IMG/VR virus record: IMGVR_UViG_3300009183_004565
Length of the DNA stretch: 64,000 nucleotides
Reading direction: 5' to 3' (one strand)
Source: a virus
Lineage: Duplodnaviria; Caudoviricetes
Shown here: in pieces, positions 28,120 to 36,746 of the stretch
Position numbering within the stretch: the stretch's first letter is position 1
Layout of the letters: each line of letters begins with the position of its first letter
Translations under genes and position numbers: made by a program
The notes under the pieces: model-generated
What the model saw: only the letters and a program-made list of their open reading frames with translations
What the model was told of the DNA's origin: nothing
Databases searched by the model: none

Positions 28120-28689
28120 ATGATCAATGTAGGAATATATCTAGAATCTAAGCCATTTAATGATAATTGGCCAAAAATTAAAATCTATCATAACAATAGT
28201 CTACTCGACGATGTAATTTGTCATCAGTCACTAGAGTTACATTATCAAATTAAACCTAGCGTTGATAACCTTCTCTCAATTGAGATGTACGGAAAAAGAT
28301 TCGGCGATGGCGGAATATATGATGTGGACAGTAACGGACAAGGACAAGAAATTCAAATTAAAGATATTACTTTTGATGATGTGTCAATTGATCACTTGTT
28401 GTCAAAAGTTGAATTTGAAACCCACTGGACTGAACACCAGCTTTCTTCACACAACGAAGAATTTAGATCTAAATATAATAGATATCAATCCAACGGTATG
28501 ATAGTCTTTAACGGAAGACTGAATTTTAATTTTTCAACTCCTATATATGATTTTTTAATTGATAAAAAGTATAAAGTTGATCATAACAAAGACATTGCTT
28601 ATTTTAGTAACAGCACGGAACTATTTAATTTTCATCTTGGATTAAGTAAATTAGAAGAAATTAAAAAAATTATTACAGAAAATGAATAA
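28120..28689 (+). CDS. hypothetical beta-rich protein; paralogue of 723..1199
   Basis: AT-rich ORF overlapping the B12 radical SAM start; shared C-terminal motif. Confidence 0.55.
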   Translation: MINVGIYLESKPFNDNWPKIKIYHNNSLLDDVICHQSLELHYQIKPSVDNLLSIEMYGKRFGDGGIYDVDSNGQGQEIQIKDITFDDVSIDHLLSKVEFETHWTEHQLSSHNEEFRSKYNRYQSNGMIVFNGRLNFNFSTPIYDFLIDKKYKVDHNKDIAYFSNSTELFNFHLGLSKLEEIKKIITENE

Positions 28690-30187
28690 AAAAGTTTTAG
28701 TATTATCAGTTCCGCGACTCGAACCACATCGCCCCCCAATTAGTGCTACTCTTGTTGCTACTGTATGCAAAAATCACGGTTGTGATGTTAAGTTACGAGA
28801 TCTAAATATTGAATTTTATCATTATTGTAAATTAAATAATATAGAATATCAAAAATTTGATCCAATTTGGGATAGATATGTAGAACCATCAAATTTAGAA
28901 CTATCACATATACACACTCATATAGATAATTTTATTGCAACTGAAGATTTGCATTCTTACGATATCATTATGATCAGTGTATTTGGCTCAAGTAGCCATT
29001 ACTTCACTGAAATGTTATTAAAAAAAATTGCAGTAGATAGATCTTATAAAATTTTATTAGGTGGTTCGGGAGCATTTGTGTCTATTATGAATCGTGGGCA
29101 TAATTCTTTTGTTGTGGAGATGCAAAAACAAAATCTAATAGACGATTTTATAAAAGGCGAGTGCGAAGAATCCTTAAAATATTATTTAGACGGTAAAGAA
29201 TATCCAGGAATTAATAACTATGATCCTGTGCAGATTGATGATTTAGATTCATTACCGTTAATTGATTATAGTTTTGTTGACTTAGATGCTTATGAATATC
29301 TCACTGAAACTAAAGATGTTTATGTAGAAGGTAGTAGGGGATGTGTACGTAAATGTACTTATTGTGATGTTCAGAAATTTTGGCCAAAATATCGTTTCAG
29401 AAGTGGTCAGCATATTGCACACGAGCTTATTAACAATTACGAAAAATTTGGCATTAAAAAATTTTACTTTACTGATAGCTTAGTTAACGGAAGTTTAAAA
29501 TCATTCAATCAGATGTGCGATATTCTTGCTAATTACCCATATAGCAAAGAAATTAGCTGGGGAGGACAATTTATTTTCAGAAATGAAAGAACTGTGCCAC
29601 CGGAGCATTTTGAAATGATCGCTAAGGCCGGCGGTACTAATACTTTTTACGTAGGAATAGAAACTGGCAGTGATCAAGTTAGAAAACAAATGGGTAAAAA
29701 TTTTACCAACGAAGATATTAGTTATCAACTTGAAGAATTTAAAAAGAATAAATTGAAATGTACTTTTTTAATGTTTCCTGGCTATATTACAGAAACTGAA
29801 AAGGATCATCAAGACACATTAGATATGTTTTTAAGATGGCAAAAGTATGTAGCCAGTGGAACTATCAATGGTTTAGAATTAGGTAGTCCTTTGATAGTTC
29901 TCGAAGGAACCCCACTAGCTAGTATGATTGATGAGTATCAAATTGCATTTTTAGAGAGTGATAGAATTACTACTGGTAATTTCTGGGTATCAAAATTAAA
30001 TCCAAGTTTTGATTTTGAGCAGCGAGCTATTAGGCAAATCAGACTATACGAAGAAGCTGCAAAATATAAATGGCCTATTTGGAGATTTGAATCAAGAGCT
30101 GAAGAATTAAAACAAACTCTAATTAGATTTTATGAAATAAAAGAAAAAAATCCAACATATAAGATAACACCAATTAAAATTAATTAA
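28682..30187 (+). CDS. cobalamin-binding radical SAM enzyme (class B methyltransferase-like)
   Basis: N-terminal B12-binding pattern (HRPP, DLN, ILLGG), EGSRGCVRKCTYCD, FTDSLVNG, VGIETGS, FPGYITET. Confidence 0.85.
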   Translation: MNKKVLVLSVPRLEPHRPPISATLVATVCKNHGCDVKLRDLNIEFYHYCKLNNIEYQKFDPIWDRYVEPSNLELSHIHTHIDNFIATEDLHSYDIIMISVFGSSSHYFTEMLLKKIAVDRSYKILLGGSGAFVSIMNRGHNSFVVEMQKQNLIDDFIKGECEESLKYYLDGKEYPGINNYDPVQIDDLDSLPLIDYSFVDLDAYEYLTETKDVYVEGSRGCVRKCTYCDVQKFWPKYRFRSGQHIAHELINNYEKFGIKKFYFTDSLVNGSLKSFNQMCDILANYPYSKEISWGGQFIFRNERTVPPEHFEMIAKAGGTNTFYVGIETGSDQVRKQMGKNFTNEDISYQLEEFKKNKLKCTFLMFPGYITETEKDHQDTLDMFLRWQKYVASGTINGLELGSPLIVLEGTPLASMIDEYQIAFLESDRITTGNFWVSKLNPSFDFEQRAIRQIRLYEEAAKYKWPIWRFESRAEELKQTLIRFYEIKEKNPTYKITPIKIN

Positions 30188-30193
30188 TAAATA
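30188..30193 (+). promoter_or_regulatory. T4-like late promoter core TAAATA
   Basis: AATAAATA immediately upstream of the queD leader RNA. Confidence 0.5.
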
Positions 30194-30204
30194 CTGTTCT
30201 ACAC

Positions 30205-30273
30205 AGCGGCCTTTCTGGCATTCATCCCGCTTTACAAATTCTGCAAGCCTATGCTAAAATCTTAACATAGGAG
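30205..30273 (+). ncRNA. candidate preQ1-I-like riboswitch variant in the queD 5' leader
   Basis: P1 AGCGG/CCGCT, loop ending CATC, A-rich tail; loop TGGCAT can pair with ATGCTA, which competes with an SD-sequestering CCTATG/CATAGG hairpin. Confidence 0.55.
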
Positions 30274-30280
30274 AAAAACA

Positions 30281-30778
30281 ATGCAACCTGTTGTATATAA
30301 ATTTACTAGTACCAAAGAGTATCACGACGCCTTTCCTTGCGCTTACCGGCAATGGCGTGCCGATAGTCATTGTAATCTAATACACGGCTATTCATTTAGT
30401 ATGAAGTTCTACTTTGGTACTAACGACTTAGACGTTCGTAATTGGGCAGCTGACTACGGTGGACTTAAAGAACTTAAAAAGATTCTTGAAGATCAATTTG
30501 ACCACACATTAATTGTAGCCGAGGACGATCCCGAACTTGCAACATTTAAGTTGTTACAAGAACGGAACATGGCCAAGATTGTCATACTACCACGTTTAGG
30601 CTGTGAAGGCCTAGCTGACTCGCTGTACAAATATGTGAATGGTGTTTATATTCCTGATATGTGGGGACCTAGTGAAGCTGAACGCTTATGGTGTTATCGT
30701 GTAGAGGTTAGAGAGACACAAGCAAACATGGCGTACCGAGAAGGTCACCGTGAATGGAACGAGGATCTGTTTGCGTAA
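30281..30778 (+). CDS. queD: 6-carboxy-5,6,7,8-tetrahydropterin synthase
   Basis: CAYRQ, SHCNLIHGY, DYGGLKELK, FDHTL, VEVRET; AGGAG SD. Confidence 0.9.
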   Translation: MQPVVYKFTSTKEYHDAFPCAYRQWRADSHCNLIHGYSFSMKFYFGTNDLDVRNWAADYGGLKELKKILEDQFDHTLIVAEDDPELATFKLLQERNMAKIVILPRLGCEGLADSLYKYVNGVYIPDMWGPSEAERLWCYRVEVRETQANMAYREGHREWNEDLFA

Positions 30779-31592
30779 GTTCGTTATACGATGTGCCCGG
30801 AATCCGGATGGTCAAGAATTCTTAGACTTAGAATTCAATATTCGTCCGGGCTCTTACTCCGGCAAATGGATAGACTGCATACGTAGTGTGGAACACTTAC
30901 CTCCACATCAATACGGATTTCCCAAATGGCTAGAACACGATGCCGGTGTATACGAGCAACGTATTGCAGATGCATTAAACAACAACACAGATATACAAGA
31001 GTTTTTATTAGACTCTAACATTGATAGAACCGTGATCAATCAAGACTTGGTCAATGCTGTCCATAGATATATTGAGCACAATCATCAACATGCCGCCGAA
31101 CATCTTGTGTTACACAATGACATACATTACTTAGAAAGTATTTGGGAAGGTGCAACTGATGTTGTGTTCAAGAAGTTACAGTGGGTACCACCAGGGCTAA
31201 TAATTGACATGACCTTGGATGACTATAAAGAATTTACTACAGAACCATGCACTAACTTTATACAAGACGATTTTAGTCATGTAGGACGTAGTCCACATAA
31301 CAGTTACCTATATCAAGATGACTCCAGTCTGTACACTAGTTGTGTTATACAACATAAAGTTGGTTCAGGTGCTAAATGGTTTATTCCTGATGATAGTCAT
31401 ATCTTTAAGGACGAACGTGGATTCAGATCGTGGGTCAGTGAACATCAAGCGTTTTTTAAAAAGCAATGGGCGATAGAAACTAATAACGATCCTAGGCTTT
31501 GTTTTGGCCGTATTATTATTGCCGAAGGTGTGGAAGATTATAGTCGGATTGATAGGACATTTGACTTCGTAGTAAAAGCTTTTATTATCTAA
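30750..31592 (+). CDS. hypothetical protein, paralogue 2 of the radical-SAM-adjacent His/Glu family
   Basis: VHRYIE, NDIHYLE, SHVGRSP...YLYQD, FRSWV, DPRLCFG; sits between queD and queE. Confidence 0.6.
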   Translation: MNGTRICLRKFVIRCARNPDGQEFLDLEFNIRPGSYSGKWIDCIRSVEHLPPHQYGFPKWLEHDAGVYEQRIADALNNNTDIQEFLLDSNIDRTVINQDLVNAVHRYIEHNHQHAAEHLVLHNDIHYLESIWEGATDVVFKKLQWVPPGLIIDMTLDDYKEFTTEPCTNFIQDDFSHVGRSPHNSYLYQDDSSLYTSCVIQHKVGSGAKWFIPDDSHIFKDERGFRSWVSEHQAFFKKQWAIETNNDPRLCFGRIIIAEGVEDYSRIDRTFDFVVKAFII

Positions 31593-31613
31593 ATATTTGT
31601 AGTATAATACATT

Positions 31614-32456
31614 ATGTCAAAAATTAAAATTGCAGAGCTGTTTTACAGCATACAAGGAGAAGGTCGTTACATGGGTGTGCCTAGTGTGTTCTTGCGAACA
31701 TTTGGGTGTAACTTTAAATGTGCCGGCTTTGGTATGCCTCGAGGACAATTAAGTACAGAGGCAGATTTGGTTGATCCGGAAAAATATAAATTCTACGATA
31801 AACTACCTTTAGTTAGCACAGGTTGCGATAGTTACGCTAGTTGGGATCCAAGATTTAAAGATCTTAGTCCCATGCTCGAAAGCGATGCTATTGCGGATCG
31901 TATCATGGAGATATTGCCTTTTAACGAGTGGCGAGATGAACACTTGGTTATTACAGGTGGAGAACCTTTACTAGGGTGGCAACGTGCTTATCCGGACTTG
32001 TTAAATCATCCTCGGATGGCAGGACTTAAAGAAATTACCTTTGAAACTAATGGTACTCAAAAGCTAACTCCAGAATTTAAACATTATTTAGGAGAGTGGA
32101 CTGCTGAAAACTGGGATAGAGAAGTTACATTTAGTGTAAGTGCTAAACTAAGTTGTAGCGGCGAAAGTAGAGAAGAAGCACTACAACCAGAAGTTGTTTG
32201 CGAATATCAATCTGTAGGAAATACCTATCTTAAATTTGTTGTAGCAACAGACGACGATGTAGAAGAAGCATTATGGACCGTACAAGTTTATAGACAAGCA
32301 GGATTTACAGGGCATGTATATCTGATGCCCACAGGTGGTGTTGAGAGTGTGTATGCATTAAACAATCGTCGTGTAGCAGAACTTGCTATGAAACACGGAT
32401 TAAGATACAGCGATAGATTACAAGTACCGCTATTTAAAAATGAATGGGGTACTTAA
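31614..32456 (+). CDS. queE: 7-carboxy-7-deazaguanine synthase (radical SAM)
   Basis: ELFYSIQGEG, FLRTFGCNFKC, CDS, ITGGEP, FETNGT, VSAKL. Confidence 0.93.
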   Translation: MSKIKIAELFYSIQGEGRYMGVPSVFLRTFGCNFKCAGFGMPRGQLSTEADLVDPEKYKFYDKLPLVSTGCDSYASWDPRFKDLSPMLESDAIADRIMEILPFNEWRDEHLVITGGEPLLGWQRAYPDLLNHPRMAGLKEITFETNGTQKLTPEFKHYLGEWTAENWDREVTFSVSAKLSCSGESREEALQPEVVCEYQSVGNTYLKFVVATDDDVEEALWTVQVYRQAGFTGHVYLMPTGGVESVYALNNRRVAELAMKHGLRYSDRLQVPLFKNEWGT

Positions 32457-32629
32457 TGGAATCGCATAAAAGAACTATAGCAAGATCAATAGTGTGGAGG
32501 ATCATTGCTACGCTAGTAACCGCTATATGGGCAGGATGGTCTGGTGCTATTCTTGCTAACATTGTTTTGACAGTACTACATTACATACATGAGCGTGTAT
32601 GGTTAAAAATTAAATGGGGAAGAGAATGA
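32456..32629 (+). CDS. DUF2061-like small membrane protein
   Basis: ESHKRTIARSIVWR...HYIHERVWLKIKWG; TAATG coupling to queE. Confidence 0.8.
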   Translation: MESHKRTIARSIVWRIIATLVTAIWAGWSGAILANIVLTVLHYIHERVWLKIKWGRE

Positions 32630-33024
32630 TTTTTGATTGGCTAACACGTAAACCTAAACAAGAACCTAAAGAAGAGAAACCCAAGACACATAAGATTAAG
32701 GCAAAGACTGCTAAAGAACTCGCAACAGAAGCGGGTGAACCTTATGTGAGTGTGGTCACTGTGGAACTAGATCCTGATGATGTAGGCAATGGTGCATTTG
32801 AATTAGACTGGAATGAAATTTTTATTGCACGATTAGTAAAGGCCGGGTTCCAGCAGAAAAAAGATGATACTGATGCTGATATTGTGGATCGTTGGTTTCA
32901 AACAGTATGTAAAAATATCATTGCAGAAAACTACGAACAATGGGAAGTTAATCAACCGTTAGATGCTCGACCACGTATGGTTGATCGAAGAGACCTTGGC
33001 GGAGGAAGAACCGAAGTCTCATGA
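32626..33024 (+). CDS. hypothetical protein
   Basis: ATGA-coupled; GAFELDWN motif. Confidence 0.65.
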   Translation: MIFDWLTRKPKQEPKEEKPKTHKIKAKTAKELATEAGEPYVSVVTVELDPDDVGNGAFELDWNEIFIARLVKAGFQQKKDDTDADIVDRWFQTVCKNIIAENYEQWEVNQPLDARPRMVDRRDLGGGRTEVS

Positions 33025-33698
33025 TTTTGTACGTGAATGGTGACAGTCATAGTGCAGGTGCCGAAGCAGTTAATGATTTTGGCTTTGCCGAGGACGACGG
33101 TTTGTATTACGGACTAGGTAGACAACCTCATCCTGACAACTTGCAGGTCAGTTATGGATGCAATATTGCTAACGAACTATCGGCTATATTGCATTGTGAT
33201 GCCGAATCGGCCAGTTCAAATACGAGAATTATAAGAACCACAAGACAATATCTTACGGAATATACTCCAGATGCCGTTATAATTGGGTGGAGTACCTGGG
33301 AAAGAGAAGAGTGGTTACACGAAGATGTTTATTGGCAGGTCAATGCCGGCGGTGTTGGACATGATTGGCCTGGCCCAATAAAAGAACGATACAAAGAATA
33401 TGTTGTCAACTTAGATTGGGACTTGGCAGAACAGCAGGCCCATAAAGCAATATACGAACTACATACTGAATTATCAGATCTCAAAATTCCTCATTTGTTT
33501 TTTAATACTTACAGTTATTTTAAACAACCAGTCGTTGATTGGCACGAGAATTATTTTTATCCGTACGACCAAAACTTAACTTATTATAAATGGTTAACCG
33601 ATTACGGCTTTGAATCAAAACCAAGCTACCATTTTGGAGCTGCTGCTCATAGAAAATGGGCAGAATTTCTTTTACCGCACTTGACACGATTGTTATAA
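33021..33698 (+). CDS. SGNH/GDSL hydrolase-like protein
   Basis: YVNGDSHSAG block I, SN..I.R, IIGWS, C-terminal HFGAAAH. Confidence 0.65.
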   Translation: MILYVNGDSHSAGAEAVNDFGFAEDDGLYYGLGRQPHPDNLQVSYGCNIANELSAILHCDAESASSNTRIIRTTRQYLTEYTPDAVIIGWSTWEREEWLHEDVYWQVNAGGVGHDWPGPIKERYKEYVVNLDWDLAEQQAHKAIYELHTELSDLKIPHLFFNTYSYFKQPVVDWHENYFYPYDQNLTYYKWLTDYGFESKPSYHFGAAAHRKWAEFLLPHLTRLL

Positions 33699-34295
33699 TT
33701 ATTTCTTATATCCTAAATTAGGTTTACCCAACTTAGCTTGGCGTATCTTTTCTTTAGTTTCATCTGATATTGGTCCTTTGATTTTACCTGACCAATGTCC
33801 AATTCTGTTTAATGCCTTACCTGTTTTTGAAATTTTATCTTTTATTTCTTGTGATTTTGGTCCGTGGGATTTGCCTTTGTTTGAAGAGGTACAGCCAGTC
33901 ATTATTTGTCGTAAATGCTCTTTTTGTTCTTCTGACATAGGTTTACCTTTGTTATGTGCTGGCTTTGATTTCTTTACACCTTTAAGTAATCCGCTAGTGC
34001 CACCGATGCCGCCTGCTGCAAGATTCCAACCAATGTGTATTGTCGGTCTTAATTCTTTTTCAAAATCATAACAGGATTCTTCTGTACCAATGTAAATAAT
34101 ATCGTATATTATTTCAGACTCATTATTTTTGATTTCCTCATGCAATCTATAACGTTGTTTTGAACTTTGATGTTCGGTAAATCGTCTTGATGGATCTATA
34201 GATACCCCAATATATCCATCATTCCAAGAATGATTTGATAAATGGATCCAATAAACTGAACAGATAAATTTTTGATGTAAATACATTGCTGACAT
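33699..34295 (-). mobile_element. GIY-YIG homing endonuclease with NUMOD3 repeats
   Basis: VYWI...GYIGVS...RF.EH; GWN...GG; repeated HxxEtKxKIS/GK NUMOD3-like units; opposite strand to neighbours. Confidence 0.85.
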
Positions 34296-34354
34296 TGCTC
34301 CATAATGTTAGAGTAGTTGGGAACGCCAATTCCGCGAACTACAATCTTATTTAT
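34291..34354 (-). promoter_or_regulatory. late promoter plus two-hairpin 5' leader of the GIY-YIG gene
   Basis: Minus-strand TAAATA (34353-34348), hairpin GTAGTT...GGAA/TTCC...AACTAC, then ACATT-atggagc-AATGT hairpin holding the SD in the loop and the AUG in the stem. Confidence 0.65.
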
Positions 34355-34372
34355 CCAAAATTTATTTTTTTG

Positions 34373-34401
34373 TTGACATTATTCAAATTAAATGCTACTA
34401 T
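34373..34401 (+). promoter_or_regulatory. sigma70-type promoter, probably giving a leaderless rnh mRNA
   Basis: TTGACA-17-TACTAT, 6 nt before ATG 34408; no SD. Confidence 0.7.
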
Positions 34402-34407
34402 TATTAA

Positions 34408-35403
34408 ATGAAAAAAAGATTCTTGGTCGTAGATACCGCAAATACATTCTTCCGAGCCAGACACAGTGCCCATCGTCAAAGCGATACTTGGGATAAACTG
34501 GGTTTTGCTATTCATGTAACACTTGGTAGTGTTAATAAAGCATGGCGCGATCAGAAAGCCGATCATGTTGTATTCTGCTTAGAAGGTCGCAGTTGGCGCA
34601 AAGACTTTTACGAACCGTATAAAAAGAATCGTGCTGTTGCCCGTGCCGCACTTACCGAAGCCGAAGCAGAAGAAGATCGACTGTTCTGGGAAACCTTTGA
34701 TGAACTTAAAACATTCTTAAGCGAAAAAACTAACTGTACAGTATTGCGTCACGAAAACTTAGAAGCAGATGATCTTATTGCTGGTTGGATACAAAGTCAT
34801 CCCGAGGATCATCATACTATTGTCAGCAGCGACACTGACTTCTATCAACTACTGGCATCAAATGTAAATCAGTACAATGGTATCAGTGATGAGCTTCATA
34901 CACTAGCGGGTATCCTGGACAAAAAGGGTAAACCGGTAATTGATAAAAAGACAAAAGAACCTAAAAAAATTCCAGATCCTTCGTGGATCTTGTTTGAGAA
35001 ATGTATGCGTGGTGATCCCACTGACAATGTGTTCTCGGCATATCCTGGTGTTAGGACCAAAGGCTCCAAGAACAAGGTTGGGCTCCAAGAGGCCTATGAG
35101 GATAGAGATAAAAAAGGATTCAACTGGAACAATCTGATGTTACAGCGGTGGACTGATCATAATGGCGAAGAACATCGTGTACTAGATGATTATCAACGCA
35201 ATGTACAGCTAGTAGATCTTACTGCACAGCCCGACGAAGTCAAAGCCAAAATTGCAGCAACTATTGCCGAAGGCGCAGTAAAGCGAAGTCGTCCCATGGT
35301 AGGCGCACAGTTCTTGAAGTTCTGTGGCAAGTATGAGTTGAATAAATTAAGCGAACACAGTCAACACTATGCAGAAATGCTAGGTACGGAGTATCCTGGA
35401 TGA
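34408..35403 (+). CDS. rnh: T4 RNase H-like 5'-3' exonuclease/flap endonuclease
   Basis: VVD.AN, WRKDFY..YK.NR, LEADDLIA, VSSDTDFYQL, MRGDPTDNV. Confidence 0.9.
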   Translation: MKKRFLVVDTANTFFRARHSAHRQSDTWDKLGFAIHVTLGSVNKAWRDQKADHVVFCLEGRSWRKDFYEPYKKNRAVARAALTEAEAEEDRLFWETFDELKTFLSEKTNCTVLRHENLEADDLIAGWIQSHPEDHHTIVSSDTDFYQLLASNVNQYNGISDELHTLAGILDKKGKPVIDKKTKEPKKIPDPSWILFEKCMRGDPTDNVFSAYPGVRTKGSKNKVGLQEAYEDRDKKGFNWNNLMLQRWTDHNGEEHRVLDDYQRNVQLVDLTAQPDEVKAKIAATIAEGAVKRSRPMVGAQFLKFCGKYELNKLSEHSQHYAEMLGTEYPG

Positions 35404-35774
35404 CCACGTGGTTGGTATTGACTTTATTGTTAGTTAAACACTGTCTGGCTGATTTTTGCTGGCAAACCAATCGTATGCTAAAAGACAAAGGACACTTTGG
35501 TAGACTTGGTGGCTTTCAACATGCTGGACTTCACGGTGCATTGACCTATGTTATCCTAATGCATTTTTTAAATCTGCAGGCCTGCGTTATGTTGGCTGCA
35601 TTTGATATGATTATACACTATGTCATTGATTGGGCTAATAGACGTATATCTGTTAGGTTAACTACAGAAGATAATGCGTATTGGGTATGGTTTGGCATTG
35701 ACCAATTACTACACTATTTGACTTATCTATTGATTGGGTTTACAGTTTCAATTTTATTAACAGAATATATATGA
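35400..35774 (+). CDS. DUF3307-like membrane protein
   Basis: KHCLADF.WQ, HAGLHG, HY.ID, GIDQLLH. Confidence 0.8.
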   Translation: MTTWLVLTLLLVKHCLADFCWQTNRMLKDKGHFGRLGGFQHAGLHGALTYVILMHFLNLQACVMLAAFDMIIHYVIDWANRRISVRLTTEDNAYWVWFGIDQLLHYLTYLLIGFTVSILLTEYI

Positions 35775-36127
35775 TTAAATCAATTGGTGGTGGAGAGTAT
35801 GTAATGGTACAAGGTGGTGTAACCATACCAAATAGTCTCCTTCACAGCAACGTACAGAACGAATTAAGAGTCACAGGCAATTTACGATATAATGCCAATG
35901 TTAGTCAACTTGAAGTATATGATGGCCACGATTGGCGCATGTTCAATACCTCGCATGCCGCTGTGGATCTAACTGCTCAAGCTAAAGAAATTCTTGGCTG
36001 GGCAGAACATAAAATGCACGAAGAAAAGAAACTACGGGCGATGATGGAGCGGCATCCAGGACTAAAAGACTTGCACGACAAGTTAGAAATGATGAAGATA
36101 CTTTGTTACAAAGAGGATAAAAAATAA
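35771..36127 (+). CDS. hypothetical protein
   Basis: Coupled ORF; GNLRYNAN..QLEVYDG..W. Confidence 0.6.
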   Translation: MIKSIGGGEYVMVQGGVTIPNSLLHSNVQNELRVTGNLRYNANVSQLEVYDGHDWRMFNTSHAAVDLTAQAKEILGWAEHKMHEEKKLRAMMERHPGLKDLHDKLEMMKILCYKEDKK

Positions 36128-36483
36128 TGAAATGGTTTAGACGAATTGTTTGGCGAATGACCAAACGTGCCTGGGAAGACAATGACGAGTTCGAACATGA
36201 ACAACAGCACAAAATATCAAGTAATTCACATTCAGTTTCTGTGCGGCGTAGTCGTGGCAATCTGTCAAGAATGTTTGATGAAGCTGATTCGGAACCTGCT
36301 CGACTACGTGCATCAAGTATGAACTTTAGACTGTATGCCTGTGTTGGTGGACACATACTTGAAACTTCTATCTATAATGAAAAAGACGATGAAACTGATC
36401 ATACCTTGTATATGATCAAAGACGATGAGGATTTTGCCAAACAAGTATCACAATCTATTATGTTGGAGATGATGAAACGATGA
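36127..36483 (+). CDS. hypothetical protein
   Basis: TAATG-coupled ORF; C-half resembles 36480..36746 (F....GG.I). Confidence 0.6.
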   Translation: MKWFRRIVWRMTKRAWEDNDEFEHEQQHKISSNSHSVSVRRSRGNLSRMFDEADSEPARLRASSMNFRLYACVGGHILETSIYNEKDDETDHTLYMIKDDEDFAKQVSQSIMLEMMKR

Positions 36484-36746
36484 GTAATTATAATATGTCT
36501 GCAACAGCAGTTGGTCCGTTGACTATGGGACAGATATCACCAATTGACATCGGAGGTTACTCTGACAAATCTAAATTACCTAATAAAAAAATATCCTTTG
36601 ATGTACATACTGCACACGGTGGTTATGTTATTAAAGTGTCAAAGGGATACGGTGCAGAAGATGATATGTATGTTGTCTCAGATGATCAAGACCTAGGCCA
36701 AGAACTTGGTAAAATTGTTACACATCACACACTGGCAAAAGAATGA
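36480..36746 (+). CDS. hypothetical protein
   Basis: ATGA-coupled 88-aa ORF. Confidence 0.6.
   Translation: MSNYNMSATAVGPLTMGQISPIDIGGYSDKSKLPNKKISFDVHTAHGGYVIKVSKGYGAEDDMYVVSDDQDLGQELGKIVTHHTLAKE

Noticed and set aside
30241-30260. SAM-II/SAM-V-like words (UGCAAG...GCUAAAA) in the queD leader
   Set aside because: The SAM-II P1 and U-rich loop register cannot be built around them; the preQ1-I-like geometry and gene context fit better.
18299-32456. Queuosine tRNA-modification pathway
   Set aside because: No QueC, QueF or QueA in the window and the TGT lacks the C-terminal Zn-binding CxCxxC of tRNA TGTs; a DNA-directed DpdA is more parsimonious, though unproven.
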